Below, piece by piece: positions 37,128 to 49,929 of a stretch of 64,000 nucleotides of DNA. The notes beneath the pieces are model-generated. The model saw only the letters and a list, made by a program, of their open reading frames with translations, was not told the DNA's origin and did not search any database. The stretch lies in assembly GCA_002269645.1 (NCBI GenBank), contig NIVC01001631.1, positions 27,886-91,885 on the forward strand, in the 5' to 3' direction. Every line of letters begins with the position of its first letter. The stretch's first letter is position 1. Origin of the DNA: Macrostomum lignano (Eukaryota). Made by a program: the position numbers and the translations under genes.

Positions 37128-38547
37128 CTTTCGCCATGATAGATAGATGACCTTTTGTACAAATTGAGCCGGTCATTTTCGCGCGACTGTCTTGGGTCGC
37201 TAACAGTAGCTTATCACGCAAAATGCCATAGAAAAACATTTGCACACTGTGCATGCAGACACAAATGTCACATTAAAAATTAATCAATGCTGGTTAAAAA
37301 CGATTGACATATCAGTGACATCGCCATCAGTGACCCTCGTGCGGAATCATCAATCAATCACTAAACCCTACAGACCTCACACGGCTGGATGTTCCAAACA
37401 CATTCTAGCCTTCTTGTATTGACCCAAGCCGCTGTCATCTGAGAGGCAGCTCAGCAAACAAAGTGCAGCGCCTTGGCAAAGGTGGAAGATGTTTCGCCAA
37501 TGGATAAAATAGACTGACAGACAGCCGCGCACCTTTCTCCTTAGAGAGTTGTCTAGAGTACCCCACTAATGCATCTTGCGTCCTTTGCACACACACGCAC
37601 GCCCTATCTCTCATCACTTCGCTCGAGTAAGTGAGCACTTGCAGGCCTCGCAAAAAAAATATTTTTTTCTGGAGAAAAAACCACCTACTTCGAACAGAAA
37701 AAAAACTTGGCGACTGGCGCAGACTGCGAAAGCAGATCGAAGCCCGCGCGAGCCACACAGATTTTCTGGCCAATCTGCTTGTGTCACACGGGTGCCAGCA
37801 GGCACAGGAACCAGCAGAGATGGACAGATAGAGAGAATTAGACTGCGGGCCATCTTCAAAGACAGACGGACACGGAGGAGGGTCGGCTGAGAAGACCTCC
37901 CCCCTCTCCTAGTTTCAAGGATAAGCGATATACAGGGACGGTCGGGAAATTTGAAGTTTCTTTTGCCAAGAAGAAGCAGCTGGATTGCGTCCCAGGAATT
38001 CGAGGGAAGATGAAAAAAAGCAGAAGCAAGGATTGAGCAGCAGATCCTGCTGGCTAATAGAAATCTGAGCAGGAGGGATGGAAATATTCGGTCAGTTCGT
38101 AGCTTGAGACTCCCGAATCCTAACATAGCAATACACCGCATTATTCATTCATTAATTCGTGCTCAAGAAAAACTGTTGCCATCTGCTTGGTCATTTTTTG
38201 CTCTTGCTGTTTTTTCTATTGAAGCAACATCGCCTGGCGCACCGGCCGATTCGGGAAATCGTTTTCGTGGTGGTTCTTTCGCTTTGATGTGAATCCGGCT
38301 GGGTAATTAACGATTCACGTGGGAAACTGGGATCGGAGTCTAAACAGTTGGGTGGGAGACAGAAGACAGAGACAGAGGCTGCTTCTCGCTGTGGGAAAAC
38401 TCGTTTCAATCAAAAGGGTTTGAAACGAATTGAATTTATCGTTCGAGGCTAATTGATTCAGTCCTGTCGGTGAAGTTCCCAAAGATACGAGATAACGTGG
38501 TGGAAAGCAGAAATGGAAGGTAGGGATGAACTAGAGTGATTTTAAGG

Positions 38548-39016
38548 GGGGGGCGGACGAATGCAAAAGAGCGGATTCCAGGGGCAGAAGAATGAGAAAG
38601 AGCGGATTCTAGGGGCGGAAGAATGAGAAAGAGCGGATTCCAGGGCGGACGAATGAGAAAGAGCGGATTCCAGGGGCGGACGAATGAGAAAGAGCGGATT
38701 CCAGGGGGGGGGGAGAATGGGAAAGAGCGGATTCAGGGGCAGAAGAATGAGAAAGAGCGGATTAAAGTGGAGATATAATGGGGAAGAGCGGATTCCAGGG
38801 GAGGAAGAATGCGAAAGAGCGGAGTCCAGGGGCGGAAGAATGGGAAAGGAGCGGAGTCCAGGGGCGGAAGAATGGGAAATAGCGGATTCCAGGGGCGGAA
38901 GAATGGGAAATAGCGGATTCCAGGGGCGGAAGAATGGGAAAGGAGCGGATTCCAGGGGCGGAAGAATGGGAAATAGCGGATTCCAGGGGCGGAAGAATGG
39001 CAAATAGCGGATTCAG
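38548..39016. repeat. ~31-bp minisatellite AGCGGATTCCAGGGGCGGAAGAATGGGAAAT
   Basis: Direct reading. Confidence 0.92.
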
Positions 39017-39469
39017 GAACTATTCGTCACGAATAGGTTACGACATTGCACCAGATTATTTTGACGCTGGTTATGAAAAATTGTAAATTGCCCACCCGGT
39101 TATAATTTACACGTATTGAAAGGCCGCCCAGGCATCTCAGATCAGTCGATAGGCTCGCTTGTGGGTCATAAATATGTTTTATACCGCCGGCTGAGAGTGA
39201 GCGCGCAGTCGGCACAGCTGCACCCGCTACAGTGCTGAGAGGCCTGTCAAGTCAAGATAATTTCCAGCCGACGTCCCAGGCTCATAAATTATTCATGCAT
39301 TATTCAGGGCATCTAATTCTGGCTCCTCTGTTGCTGCGGCGGGGTCCTCGCGGCAGATTCACGGGCAAACAAAGCAGCTTTACCTTGGATAGAGTTGACA
39401 GAAGGCCACGCACGTAGGTTGGGCCATAGAGAGTTGTTGGGGTTACCAGCGTAGTTTTCTCTATTGAGA

Positions 39470-39765
39470 AATCGAATAATTCCCAACCAAATTTGAAGGT
39501 CGGGGGTTCGATTCCCGATCCCACTAGAACAATTTGTGTCCTTGAGCAAGACACTTAACTCTGCATTGCTTCATTTCACCCAGCTGTAAAATGGGTGCCA
39601 GCATTAGCTGGGGTAATTGAGGGTGCGTGTGGCGACCCTCCAGTCCTTGGACTGAACAGCCGTACGCAGCCTTCAGATGCGCCGCGCAATAGCTGCGGCT
39701 GAGCTGTCGGTTGCACACCTGCCCATTAGGGCAGGTGTAATCAAATATAATTATCTCTAAGCCTT
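39470..39765 (+). mobile_element. tRNA-derived SINE with CORE-like central domain, 5' degenerate
   Basis: Pol III B-box GGTTCGATTCC at ~39505-39515 is followed by TGTGTCCTTGAGCAAGACACTTAAC...CTGTAAAATGGG (39535-39595), which resembles the CORE/V/Meta-SINE central domains. No clear A-box. Confidence 0.6.
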
Positions 39766-42098
39766 CTGTTATCATGACTATCGCTTGAAGCTGGGCATGT
39801 GTTCAGCTTGATGCGGCTTCATCATTTTGTGGACTTAAATTAATGAAAATTATGCTACTGGCGAGTCTGTTAAACGCGCAAAATTTGAGTGAGAAAACCA
39901 CTTTTACCATCTCGCACAAATTGACCCAACGCACTTGCAGATTAACCTACAATGCCTACAATGAAGCCAACTGAAATGATCAAAGTTGCAGTGACTGTAA
40001 CTCACCGTACACAGCGCAGCCGGAGCCGATCAGAACAGCAAGCAGCAGAGCGGTTGAAATCCAGTGGGATGAATTGTCCATGATGTCCGATAGCCGCGCG
40101 ATTCGAAACTTAGAAACTGCTCGTCCCGGGCCCAGCTATTTATGCTGCCGAGCAGTAACCGGATACTTTGGGAGGCCGAAAAACCCGGAAGTTGCTGTGT
40201 TGGCCGAGGACTGAAGGAAAAGAGCAATCTCTGGTTGTTCTTTTAAAAGAGAAGAGGAGAGGCTTCCGGGTTGTGAAAATTGTGGAATTCTCGGAAAGGT
40301 GAGACCCCTCCCTCTTCTGCTCCTTCAGCGAGCCGCTTGGATGGGCAGCGCAAAGTGAAACTGGATCACTCGGTGTCGGGAGCCAAGTTTGATGCAGAAG
40401 GAAGAGTCTGTCGATGTTTGCGAGTGGGGGGGAGACAGAGACAAGATAAGGGGGATCTGCTCTGCTGCTGTTCGCTTCGACGCGGAATCTGGAAGAGGAG
40501 GGGGGTGACGCCTCCTCCTCACTGGCCCGTGGATTAGTCCTCAAACGCGTCCTCCAATTCCCAGTCGCCTTTTCTCTCATCTCTCCGGACCGCCTCTCCC
40601 CAATGGCCGCTGGTTCCCGTTGGTCCCCCGTGTGTTGTTTCTCTCCCTAGCTCACTCTTTCAAACTGAATGCCGGCAAGTCTGGTTTCCCGTTTCCCACT
40701 TGTCACTGGTTTGGGAGGGCCGGTGCTAAGGGTGAGATGGGGTTAGTGGAGAATAGGCCAGGCATATTCCTCATGTGTTTCTAGAAGCTACTGCTCAGTA
40801 GCCCCCCCCGCCACCCAGTGCACCGCGTAGCCACTGCCACAGTCATGTCCAGCACTGGAATTCCCAGTTTAACCAAACTCTCTTGCAGTTTTGGTCTGCG
40901 CGGCGGCATCTGCCTGCCTGGCCGCTGTGCGGTGGTGACTGGCCTGTGACTAAAGATAGCCAACTTCAGGCCTCAGCTTGATCGATCAACTGCATCGTTT
41001 GACGATTTGGTAGAATTTCATTCAAAGGAAGCTTTTATGGGGAGATTGATTAGGCTCTCTGTCTAGCTCGCATAGTTTAAAACTGCTCATCCTAAGTGTG
41101 TTGGCAGGCTTGAGAAAGTGCAACATCCTGATTAATCAGTTTTTACTGACTATTTACAGCAGGATTAGGAAGAATGCTCTTCACTCAGATTGTAAGAAGA
41201 CTCGCGCCTTCAACGCTGCTGCCACTTCGTCCGTACGACAGTCGTTGAAGTGGCAGCAGGGGATGAGATTTTCGGATGAAATTCCTTCCACTTCTTGCAG
41301 TTCTCGCATCCCTCATCTCTCTGTCAGGCCCAGCATCTCTAAATTCTAAATAATTTCTACAGGTGCATCAGTAGAAACTATCTACTCCATTGTCTCCCAG
41401 CCTCTGTATTCCCCATTGTTTCCGGCTGCTTGAACCTGCTTGAAGTCGATATTATCCCGCCAACAGTGGGGCTTCCATAATTAGCCAATTGTTCCAGGGA
41501 TGGGGCCCGGTGCATGAAAAGAAAACACAGAGACAGAGGCGCCATACTTCGTTTCGCATTTGTCTCACTCAAAACTGCCCTTCAAATTAGACGCTGCTCT
41601 CTAAAAAGTCTAAACGACTTCTTTCCTGCCTGTCTTAGCTGCCATCTTTGGGTCTCACGCGCAGAGCGCTGGGTGCATTGCGGCGCCCCTGCCCGCTGCC
41701 AGCCTCTTAGCCAGGAGCAGTGAGCTGCCGCAGCTGCACTGCAAGTTGCTAAGGCAAAGCACAATCACACACGGCGCATTGGGTGGAGCCAGTCAAGCAA
41801 ATGGGGCGAGAATTCTCTTCTCCTTCTAACTCAGACTGCTCGTTTACCTGCAGTGCAGCTTCCAATGTTTTATTGTCTTAGCAAGACTCGAGTAGAATAT
41901 GCGCTAGCTAGTGGGCTTTTGTGGAGACAGCACTGGCCCACCCCCCTATCGCTGTTACGGTCTGTGTGGCCATCTTTGGCGAATACAGAGGCTGAGTGGG
42001 ACAGTGGCTGCTCAAATATAGCACACGAACAGACGCAGCACTGAAGGTTTCGAAAATCCAGCGCAGTTTCAGCAGCAGTCCAAGTTGCAACAAGAGCC

Positions 42099-44450
42099 AT
42101 GGGCTTTGATGTCGACCGATTCGAAGAGGAAGTCAACGAAGGCCTCCTGTGCGCCATCTGCCACGACGTGCTCGAAGACGCCGTCCAGGCCCCGTGTGAG
42201 CACGCCTTCTGCTCGGCCTGCATCCAGGCCTGGCTGCTCGAGGACAACTCCTGCCCGGTTGACCGGCAGATTCTGCTAGCCAGCGAGCTCCGCCAGCTGC
42301 ACCGCTACATGCGGAACGACCTCAACAATCTGCAGATCCGCTGCCAGTACTGGCAGCACGGCTGCCGTGAGAAGGTGCCGCTGGAGACGCTGCACCAGCA
42401 CGAGTCCGCCTGTCCCAGCGAGCCGATGCGCTGCCCAGCCTGCCGGGCGGACACCAGCCGCGGCGAGATGGCCCGCCACCTGCAGATCTGCACCCTGCGC
42501 ACCTCAGCCGTGGTGCCAGCAGCTGACGTTGCCAGACTGTTGGAGGACATGCGATCCGAGCTGGAGGCGGCCAGGCAGGACTTCATGACCAAGCTGGCCG
42601 AGCAGAAGCTCGAGATGGACCTGAGACTCGACGCGCAGCGGCGGCACCTGGTGCAACGGGAGCACTGCCTGCAGGAGCAGCTGGAGGAGATGCGGCGGCT
42701 CTACGCGCGGCTCAGCGAGGTCAGTTTCTCCCTACTGATCTGGTTGGGCATGAGCAACTCGGGCTTTTAGCCTACAGGCCGGCTCTGCGAGGATTACCCG
42801 CCTGACTTGACTGTCTTCTAATCTAAGGGGCGATAAGAACGGGCGGGGCACCAAATACAGAGGGGGCGCCAGCTACAGAGGGGGCGCCAGCTACAGAGGG
42901 GGCACCGGCTACAGAGGGGGCGCCAGCTACAGAGGGGGCACCGGCTACAAAGGGGGCACAGGCTACAGAGGGGGCACAGGCTACAGAGGGGGCACCGGCT
43001 ACAGAGGGGGCACCGGCTACAGAGGAGGCACAGGCTACAGAGGGGGCACAGGCTACAGAGGGGGCACCGGCTACAGAGGGGCACCGGCTACAGAGGGGGC
43101 GCCGGCTACAGAGGGGGCACAGGCTACAGAGGGGGCGCCGGCTACAGAGGGGGCACAGGCTACAGAGGGGGCACAGCCTACAGAGGGGGCACCGGCTACA
43201 GAGGGGGCACAAGCTACAGAGGGGGCACAAGCTACAGAGGGGGCGCCAGAAGTTACAGAGGGGGCGCCGGCTACAGAGGGGGCGCCAAAAGCTACAGAGG
43301 GGGCACAGGGGGCGCCAGCTACAGAGGAGGCACCAAATACAGAGGGGGCACCGGCTACAGAGGGGGCACAAGCTACAGAGGGGAACCGGCTACAGAGGGG
43401 TCGCCAGAAGCTACAGAGGAGGCGCCAGCTACAGAGGGGGCGCCGGCTACAGAGGGGGCACAAGCTACAGAGGGGGCACAGGCTACAGAGGGGGCACAGG
43501 CTACAGAGGGACCGGCTACAGAGGGGGCACAGGCTACAGAGGGGGCACCGGCTACAGAGGGGGCACAGGCTACAGAGGGGGCACCGGCTACAGAGGGGGC
43601 GCCGGCTACAGAGGGGGCACCGGCTACAGAGGGGGCACAAGCTACAGAGGGGGCACAAGCTACAGAGGGGGCACAGGCTACAGAGGGGGCACAGGCTACA
43701 GAGGGACCGGCTACGGAGGGGGCACAGGCTACAGAGGGGGCACCGGCTACAGAGGGGGCACAAGCTACAGAGGGGGCACAGGCTACAGAGGGGGCACCGG
43801 CTACAGAGGGACCGGCTACAGAGGGGGCACAGGCTACAGAGGGGGCACCGGCTACAGAGGGGGCACAGGCTACAGAGGGGGCACCGGCTACAGAGGGGGC
43901 GCCGGCTACAGAGGGGGCACCGGCTACAGAGGGGGCACCGGCTACAGAGGGGGCACCGGCTACAGAGGGGGCGCCGGCTACAGAGGGGGCACCGGCTACA
44001 GAGGGGGCACAGGCTACAGAGGGGGCACCGGCTACAGAGGGGGCGCCAGAAGTTACAGAGGGGGCGCCGGCTACAGAGGGGGCGCCAGAAGCTAGAGAGG
44101 GGGCACAGGGGGCGCCAGCTACAGAGGGGGCGCCAGCCACAGAGGGGGCGCCAGCTACAGAGGGGGCGCCAGCTACAGAGGGGCGCCAGCTACCGAGGGG
44201 GCGCCATGCAGTGTTTCATTTGCAATGACGCCGCATGCAAGACAATCACAAGTAATGACCTGAAAATCTGTGACCGCCTGCATCACCTGTCATCTTACAG
44301 GACATCAAGAAGCTGATTCAGCAGGAGAAAACCAGCCGAACGGAGCTGCAGCGGATGGCGCAGGAGAAGGCGGAGCTTCTCCAAATGCTGCACCAGGCTT
44401 CCCGCTCGCAGGCGGTGCAGAAACTGCCGGAAAAAGTGACAGATTTATGA
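42099..44450 (+). CDS. RNF41(NRDP1)/RNF151-like RING-HC plus TRAF-type zinc finger E3 ligase with C-terminal coiled coil; exons 42099-42719 and 44301-44450, 256 aa
   Basis: MGFDVDRF...CAICHDVLEDAVQAPCEHAFCSACI...CPVDR...YMRNDLNNLQIRC closely follows the RNF41 N-terminus. Phase-0 intron gag|gtcagt...ttacag|gac; stop TGA at 44448-44450. Confidence 0.85.
42860..44205. repeat. 18-bp G-run minisatellite GCTACAGAGGGGGCACCG in the RING gene intron
   Basis: Direct reading. Confidence 0.95.
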
Positions 44451-44589
44451 CGCGGCAACTGCTGAACAGCGAACTTTCATTAGCGAAAGATAATCAATGC
44501 TGCATGTGTACATTTCTGTATAGCTCGATGTTACTGTTTAATAAGCAAAATCTCTGATCCTGAGAATACGCTCACCATTATTATCTGCC

Positions 44590-45660
44590 TATAAACCCTC
44601 AAACCTCACACCTGATAGCTCTCAAATCTCATCTCTCAAATCTCTCAAATCTCACCCCTGATAGCTCTCAAATCTCACCTACAAAATCTCTCAAATCTCA
44701 CCTCCAAAATCTCTTAAATCTCACCTTCAAAATCTCTCAAATCTCCCTTCCAAAATCTCTTAAATCTGACCCCCGATAGCTCTTAAATCTCTTCTCCAAA
44801 ATCTTTCAAATCTTACCCGCAATTGTTCTCAAATCTCACCTTACAAAATCTTTTAAATCTCACCTCTGATAGCTCTCAAATCTCACCCCTGATAGCTCAC
44901 AAATCTCACCCCTGATAGCTCTTGAATCTCACCTCCGAAATCTATCATATCTCACCTCCAAAATCTCTAAATCTCACCCCCGATATCTCTCTTAAATCTC
45001 ACCCCCGATAGCTCTCTTTAATCTCACCCCGATAGCTCTTAAATCTCATCTCCAAAATCTTTCGAATCTCACCCGCGATGGCTCTCAAATCTCACCTACA
45101 AAATCTCTCAATTCTCACCCACAAAATCTATCAAATTTCACCTCTGATAGCTCTCAAATCTCACCTTTAAAATCTATCAAATCTCACCTCCAAAATCTCT
45201 CAAATCTCACCTCCAAAGTCTCTTAAATCTCAACCCCGATAGCTCTCAAATCTCATCTCCAAAATTTTTGGAATCTCTTCCCTGATAGCTCACAAACCTC
45301 TCCTCTGATAGCTCTCAAATGTCACCCCTGATAGCTCTCAAACCTCTCCTCTGATAGCTCTCAAATCTCACCCCTGATAGCTCTCAAATCTCACCCTGAT
45401 AGCTCTCAAATCTCACCCCTGATAGCACTCAAACCTCTCCTCCAATATCTCTCAAATCTAACCCCTGAAATCTGTCAAATATCCCTTTTTAAAATCTCTC
45501 AAGTCTTACCCATAAATTATTTAGAAAACTAAAATCTTAAATCTCTAAAATCTTAACGCAGGAATCTTTTTAAACTTTACCTTTGAAATCTTTTATCCCT
45601 CCCATCAAATCTCTAGAATCTCACCCCTGAAACATCTCGAATCTCATCCTCAAAACTCTA
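44590..45660. repeat. Degenerate ~23-bp repeat CTCTCAAATCTCACCCCTGATAG
   Basis: Direct reading. Confidence 0.85.
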
Positions 45661-46415
45661 ATCTGGACTGGGAGTATCATTTGAGCTATCACGAATCATC
45701 ACTAGCCCGGTTATACCTCAGAAAACTCGGGGAAGGGGTTGGTTTAACATTACATGTAGTCTAAGTTGTGATCCAGCGAAACAGCATGTTGGATTGAAAA
45801 ATTTGCGCAAGGTACGGATGTTTAGCTTACGCCAAACAAAAACTTTTAGTCCCTGTACAGTACTCCATTGCTTAATTCCTATTTTGTTTGTAGTAGCGGT
45901 GCTCAGATTGTTACCTGCCAATGTTAATTACAATATAATATGCAATACGCGCGCGCCCAAGCTCTTCAGCTGAATGTCAAGGTTGTAAAAACTCAGCGGT
46001 GCTCTGTATGCACATTATGGCCATGATTCTGCGTGCGGGGAAGACATTGCACTTTAACCTGCCAATTACCACTGTGCCTATAAACAATATAACAGTATAA
46101 GCATACTTGAGCCGGCGTTCGGTCTTAATCAATTGTCAATTAGCGACTGCCAATCAGTTTGCCAATCAGACTGCTGGGGGGAATGGCTGGCCAACAACAA
46201 TAGGTATCGCAGTAAAAGAAGGTTTGATTTATTACGAATGAGCATCGATCGGCTGGGAAGCATCATGGACGCGTCGCTACACTCGTATTAGCCAGGAAGT
46301 TCTTAAGCCTTAAATCGGTGCAGAATATGGGCATATAGAACCTATATACTCAATTTCGTCAGTAGTCTCTGTAATTACATGCGTCATTCTTAGTTTGATT
46401 GAGCAGCTTTTTATT

Positions 46416-47584
46416 TAATTCATAAGAAAATCTATCAAATTCTCAAAAAATAGCGTCTATGTCCCTAAACTACTGAACTCAAAACTTAAGCAGCCCATGT
46501 CGGCTTTTTGCACAAGTCACAAAAAACAGCGGTCGCACTACCCTGGGAATATAAGATCTATGGATTAGACGAACACATGATGTCATAGAAAACCTAGGTT
46601 ATAGTTTTATATAGCATTTTGCAGTCAAGTTTGAACTGCGGGCATTCAAATTAGACGCTTGACCAGATCTCACTGCTGGCACAAATGCTATCTATGGCCT
46701 AGACAAAATCACACTGGTGGGCACTCAATTTAGACAAGGGGCATTCAAATTAGACAAGTTCTCAGGCGCATTGGCTGGGCAATTCAAGATCGTGTTGCGT
46801 CTGTTGTCAGACAACCATTCTGTGAACCCTGAACTATGAAGATAAGAACAAGTTATAACAAAGTAAGCATGTGTGAACAAACAAAACAGGGTGCTCAGCA
46901 CATCAATGAACAAGAAGCGATTCCCGCATTTGCCCGAGTGTCATCAGAGGGTTGGCATTCAACAAGGCGGCCAGATGGTCCTTCATTGCAGGATTCATTC
47001 GACGGTGCCTGGCTCCTCCCCTTGGTAGCGCGTATCGCTGGCCATCCTGAACAAACTTGTTCCAGATGTTGTACACTGATGATCTCTTGACATCCAACAT
47101 GTTGGCAATTTCAGCCACAGAGTCACCACGTTGGCATGCCCCAATAATGAGGTCACGCTTCTCTCTGGAAATTCTTGCATAGCGACGAATCGGATTGTCC
47201 ATGGTCTTTCTCTCTGGCACACATAGACTTTCCGCTGCTTGTCTAAATTGAGTGCCCGTCAGTGTGTTTCAGTTTGTGCCACAGAGATAAAGTTCTGCTT
47301 GACTTGGGGACGGATTCTGAAATTTGGCTCTTCCCTTCTTGTCTAATTTGAATGCCCGCAGTTCAAACTTGACTGCAAAATGCTATAATAATTTTAGCTG
47401 TCTTGAGCCATAGATCTTTATATCCCCTAGATAGGCCACTTTGTATGGCGGCAATAGGGAAGTGCTACCGCTGCTTTTCGTCACTTGTGCGAAAAAGTCG
47501 ACATGGGTTGCTTTAATTTTGAGTTCAGTAGCTTAGGGACATTGACGCTATTTTTTGAGAATTTGATTTCGCATTCTATGTATT
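46416..47584. mobile_element. Foldback/MITE-like element with long diverged inverted arms (~46416-46565 and ~47408-47584), interrupted by the Tc1-like element
   Basis: AAATTCTCAAAAAATAGCGTC...CACTACCCT on the left is the reverse complement (about 85% by eye) of AGGGAAGTGC...GACGCTATTTTTTGAGAATTT on the right. GATCTATGG/CCATAGATC inner arms also pair. No TSD resolved. Confidence 0.6.
46612..47385 (-). mobile_element. Internally deleted Tc1/IS630-like DNA transposon (774 bp)
   Basis: Perfect 45-bp TIRs (46612-46656 / 47341-47385), TA on both flanks, and internal repeats of GGCAYTCAAWTTAGAC. ORF 46903-47220 encodes an HTH-type N-terminus (ISREKRDLII...SVAEIANMLDVKRSSVYNI...PRGG). No DDE domain. 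Confidence 0.8.
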
Positions 47585-47908
47585 AGCTCAGTATTTGCGA
47601 GATACTGAGATATTTGCGATTTGGTCGCGAGATGCAAAATTTTGGTCGCGAGGCCACATAAGCAGTTGTCCCATGATTTTGCGGGCCGCACGGCCCACGG
47701 AATCGTCAATGTGTGCCCGCGATTTTAGTCTATGGCATTTATTATTAAGCGTAGAAAAAGATAAATTTATCGAAGTAACAGTACATGCTAGCCAGCATAA
47801 CAAAAGTACATTTATAAACAATACGTCAATAGCAGAATAGTTCATCAATGCTTCATCAAAAGCCATGCAGCGTTAAAGATGTAGAAGCTGAGTCTTACAC
47901 CGTCTTTC

Positions 47909-48301
47909 TCAAGCACTGTTTGTCTCCTTTACAAATCGATGGATACTAGCCCGAAAGCCACGAATCGTATCCGGTGCATAGGTCTTCGTTCCAAGCGCAG
48001 GATTAGCTCGCAGACTTACGTACCAGAGGCGCAGATAGCCGTCTAAGTAGCTTTCAATGTCATCAGGCAGGTTTTTCTCTCGAAGAAATTTCTTGAACCG
48101 ATTAATTTGATTCTTAGTGGTTGCTAAGGTGGATGCCGACTTTGACGACTGTTCAAGTCGTTTGATGTCCTCTAGTTCTTGTACATCTAAGTCGCGATAC
48201 GAATCTTCCTGAGTCCGTAGTTCCGCCAAAAACGTTTCCACGTCATTGAGGTTCAGGATTGGCAATCCCGACCACTGATCGACAGACGTCTTCGCGCTCA
48301 T
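47909..48301 (-). mobile_element. Crypton-like (tyrosine recombinase transposon, DUF3504-associated) N-terminal fragment, truncated
   Basis: STLATTKNQINRFKKFL...LDGYLRLWYVSLR...KTYAPDTIRGFRASIHRF fits the recalled pattern preceding DUF3504 in CryptonA and in the KCTD1/QRICH1/ZMYM families. No catalytic region seen. Confidence 0.65.
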
Positions 48302-49929
48302 GGACGCAGTTTGGACATGAATTCCAATTCAGCACTATCCAAGCGGACCAAGCCACTAATATCGCCAGTGGCGATTCTTTGCAAATTGATCATGCCTCGT
48401 GCTCAATAATTTGTGCTCGTGCTTGTTGACTTCCATATATATATTCGCTCTTTTCTTCAGGATTCTACCAGCTGTTGCAAAAATACAGTTTAAAAAGCCT
48501 GAGTATTACCACAGACTAAAGTGGCGGGCAGGAATGAATTCCGTGCCCGCTAGTTTCGTCTATGGTTAATGCTTAGTGGCGCCCTCGAAATGATGAGACA
48601 ACACAGTTCTGTCTATGCATTTTCGGGCAGAAATGAGACGGAATCCTCGTCTGCTTCGCAGACCTCGGATTTCGCTCGTTCCTGCCCTCAAATCCATAGA
48701 CAGAACCATTAGTTAATGAGTGGCCCATCTTGTGTATCTGCGATCTTTGGCTTGAGCATTCCAGTAAAAATGGTGACCTCAGTCCGGAATCTTTGAAGAC
48801 GCCCCTCGTACTGAATATAAACACACAGATGTTGTCCTGCTCTATCGGTGAAATCAACCAGCTGTTTAATGAGCGTTCCAGTCTAATTTTAGCTGCAGAT
48901 TTGTCTATGGTCGGAAAGCAAGAGTCCAGAGGATTAATAGCAATATTGGCTCCCCATGTTAGCTCGTCAATCAATACTCATTGAAGCACTTGCTGCAATG
49001 ATTGTGATTCGAAAGTCTAGAGGGTGAGACATTGTGATAAATCCAAGTGCTGAGAATAAACACTGAAAACTTTCCATCTTGCTAATTGATGCATTTTGCA
49101 GCTAAAACCAGCGCCTCAGCGAAATTGCCACGACTTGCATGATTTTCTACTATCAGTAGCAGTGCAATAACTTAAAAAACAAACAAACAAAAAAACAAGT
49201 CAATTAATCTCTGGCTAAATAGAAATAAATTTGTTATAAACAGTCAAAAAACCAGGGAATTATCAATTGAAAACAAGTCAGAAAAGCATTCCATAGCAAA
49301 TATGGATTATTATACAAGCAAAAGAAACCGCAGCAGCAGCAGCAATAATTGGCGCGCAGCAAACTAAAGAAGCTATAAAAATAAACTGACTGTTCCCAAG
49401 AAAAGCCAGGTGCAAAAAGAACACCAAAAAGAAAATAAAACACACAAACTATTCGAAACACGAGACAGATGGATGGACATTTACAACATCACTCATTTTC
49501 ATACGGAGTTGGAGATCAATATGAGCAGTCCTGATGCGAAAACGATAGTAGAAAATACTAAACCGCTGGAATATACGCTCGTAATTAATAATTCGTGCAT
49601 AAATGAGATTTTATGATTAAAAAATGTAGAAAGCATGATGGCTTATAAAAATAAAACCAATTCTGTTCCATGTCAATCAATACTACACAGTGTAATAACT
49701 AAAGCATGAATTGTGTACAGGACTGGCAGGCAGATTAAGCAAATGGCATTGAAACATTGACAATCCGATGCGGCACAGGAGAAATAAGCGGATATTGTTG
49801 GCAAACCCCCCCCCCCCGATTCTTGACACAACAGTTGTTAAAAATTGACGCAATTTGTCGCAAAATAAAAGGATTGACGATTGTTCTATCAGGACTTGTT
49901 GCCCAACTGGTTTTTAAGTTCTTTTCAAG

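Noticed and set aside
39495-39525. tRNA gene suggested by GGTTCGATTCC
   Set aside because: No A-box or cloverleaf; the downstream sequence is SINE-like.
37130-42050. Numerous 60-175 aa ORFs between the GATA tract and the RING gene
   Set aside because: No recognisable domains, many non-ATG starts, and no consistent exon chain.
45718-45921. ORF loosely resembling a second Crypton N-terminus (TTNKIGIKQW...LRKFF)
   Set aside because: Too short and weak, and it starts at a non-ATG codon.
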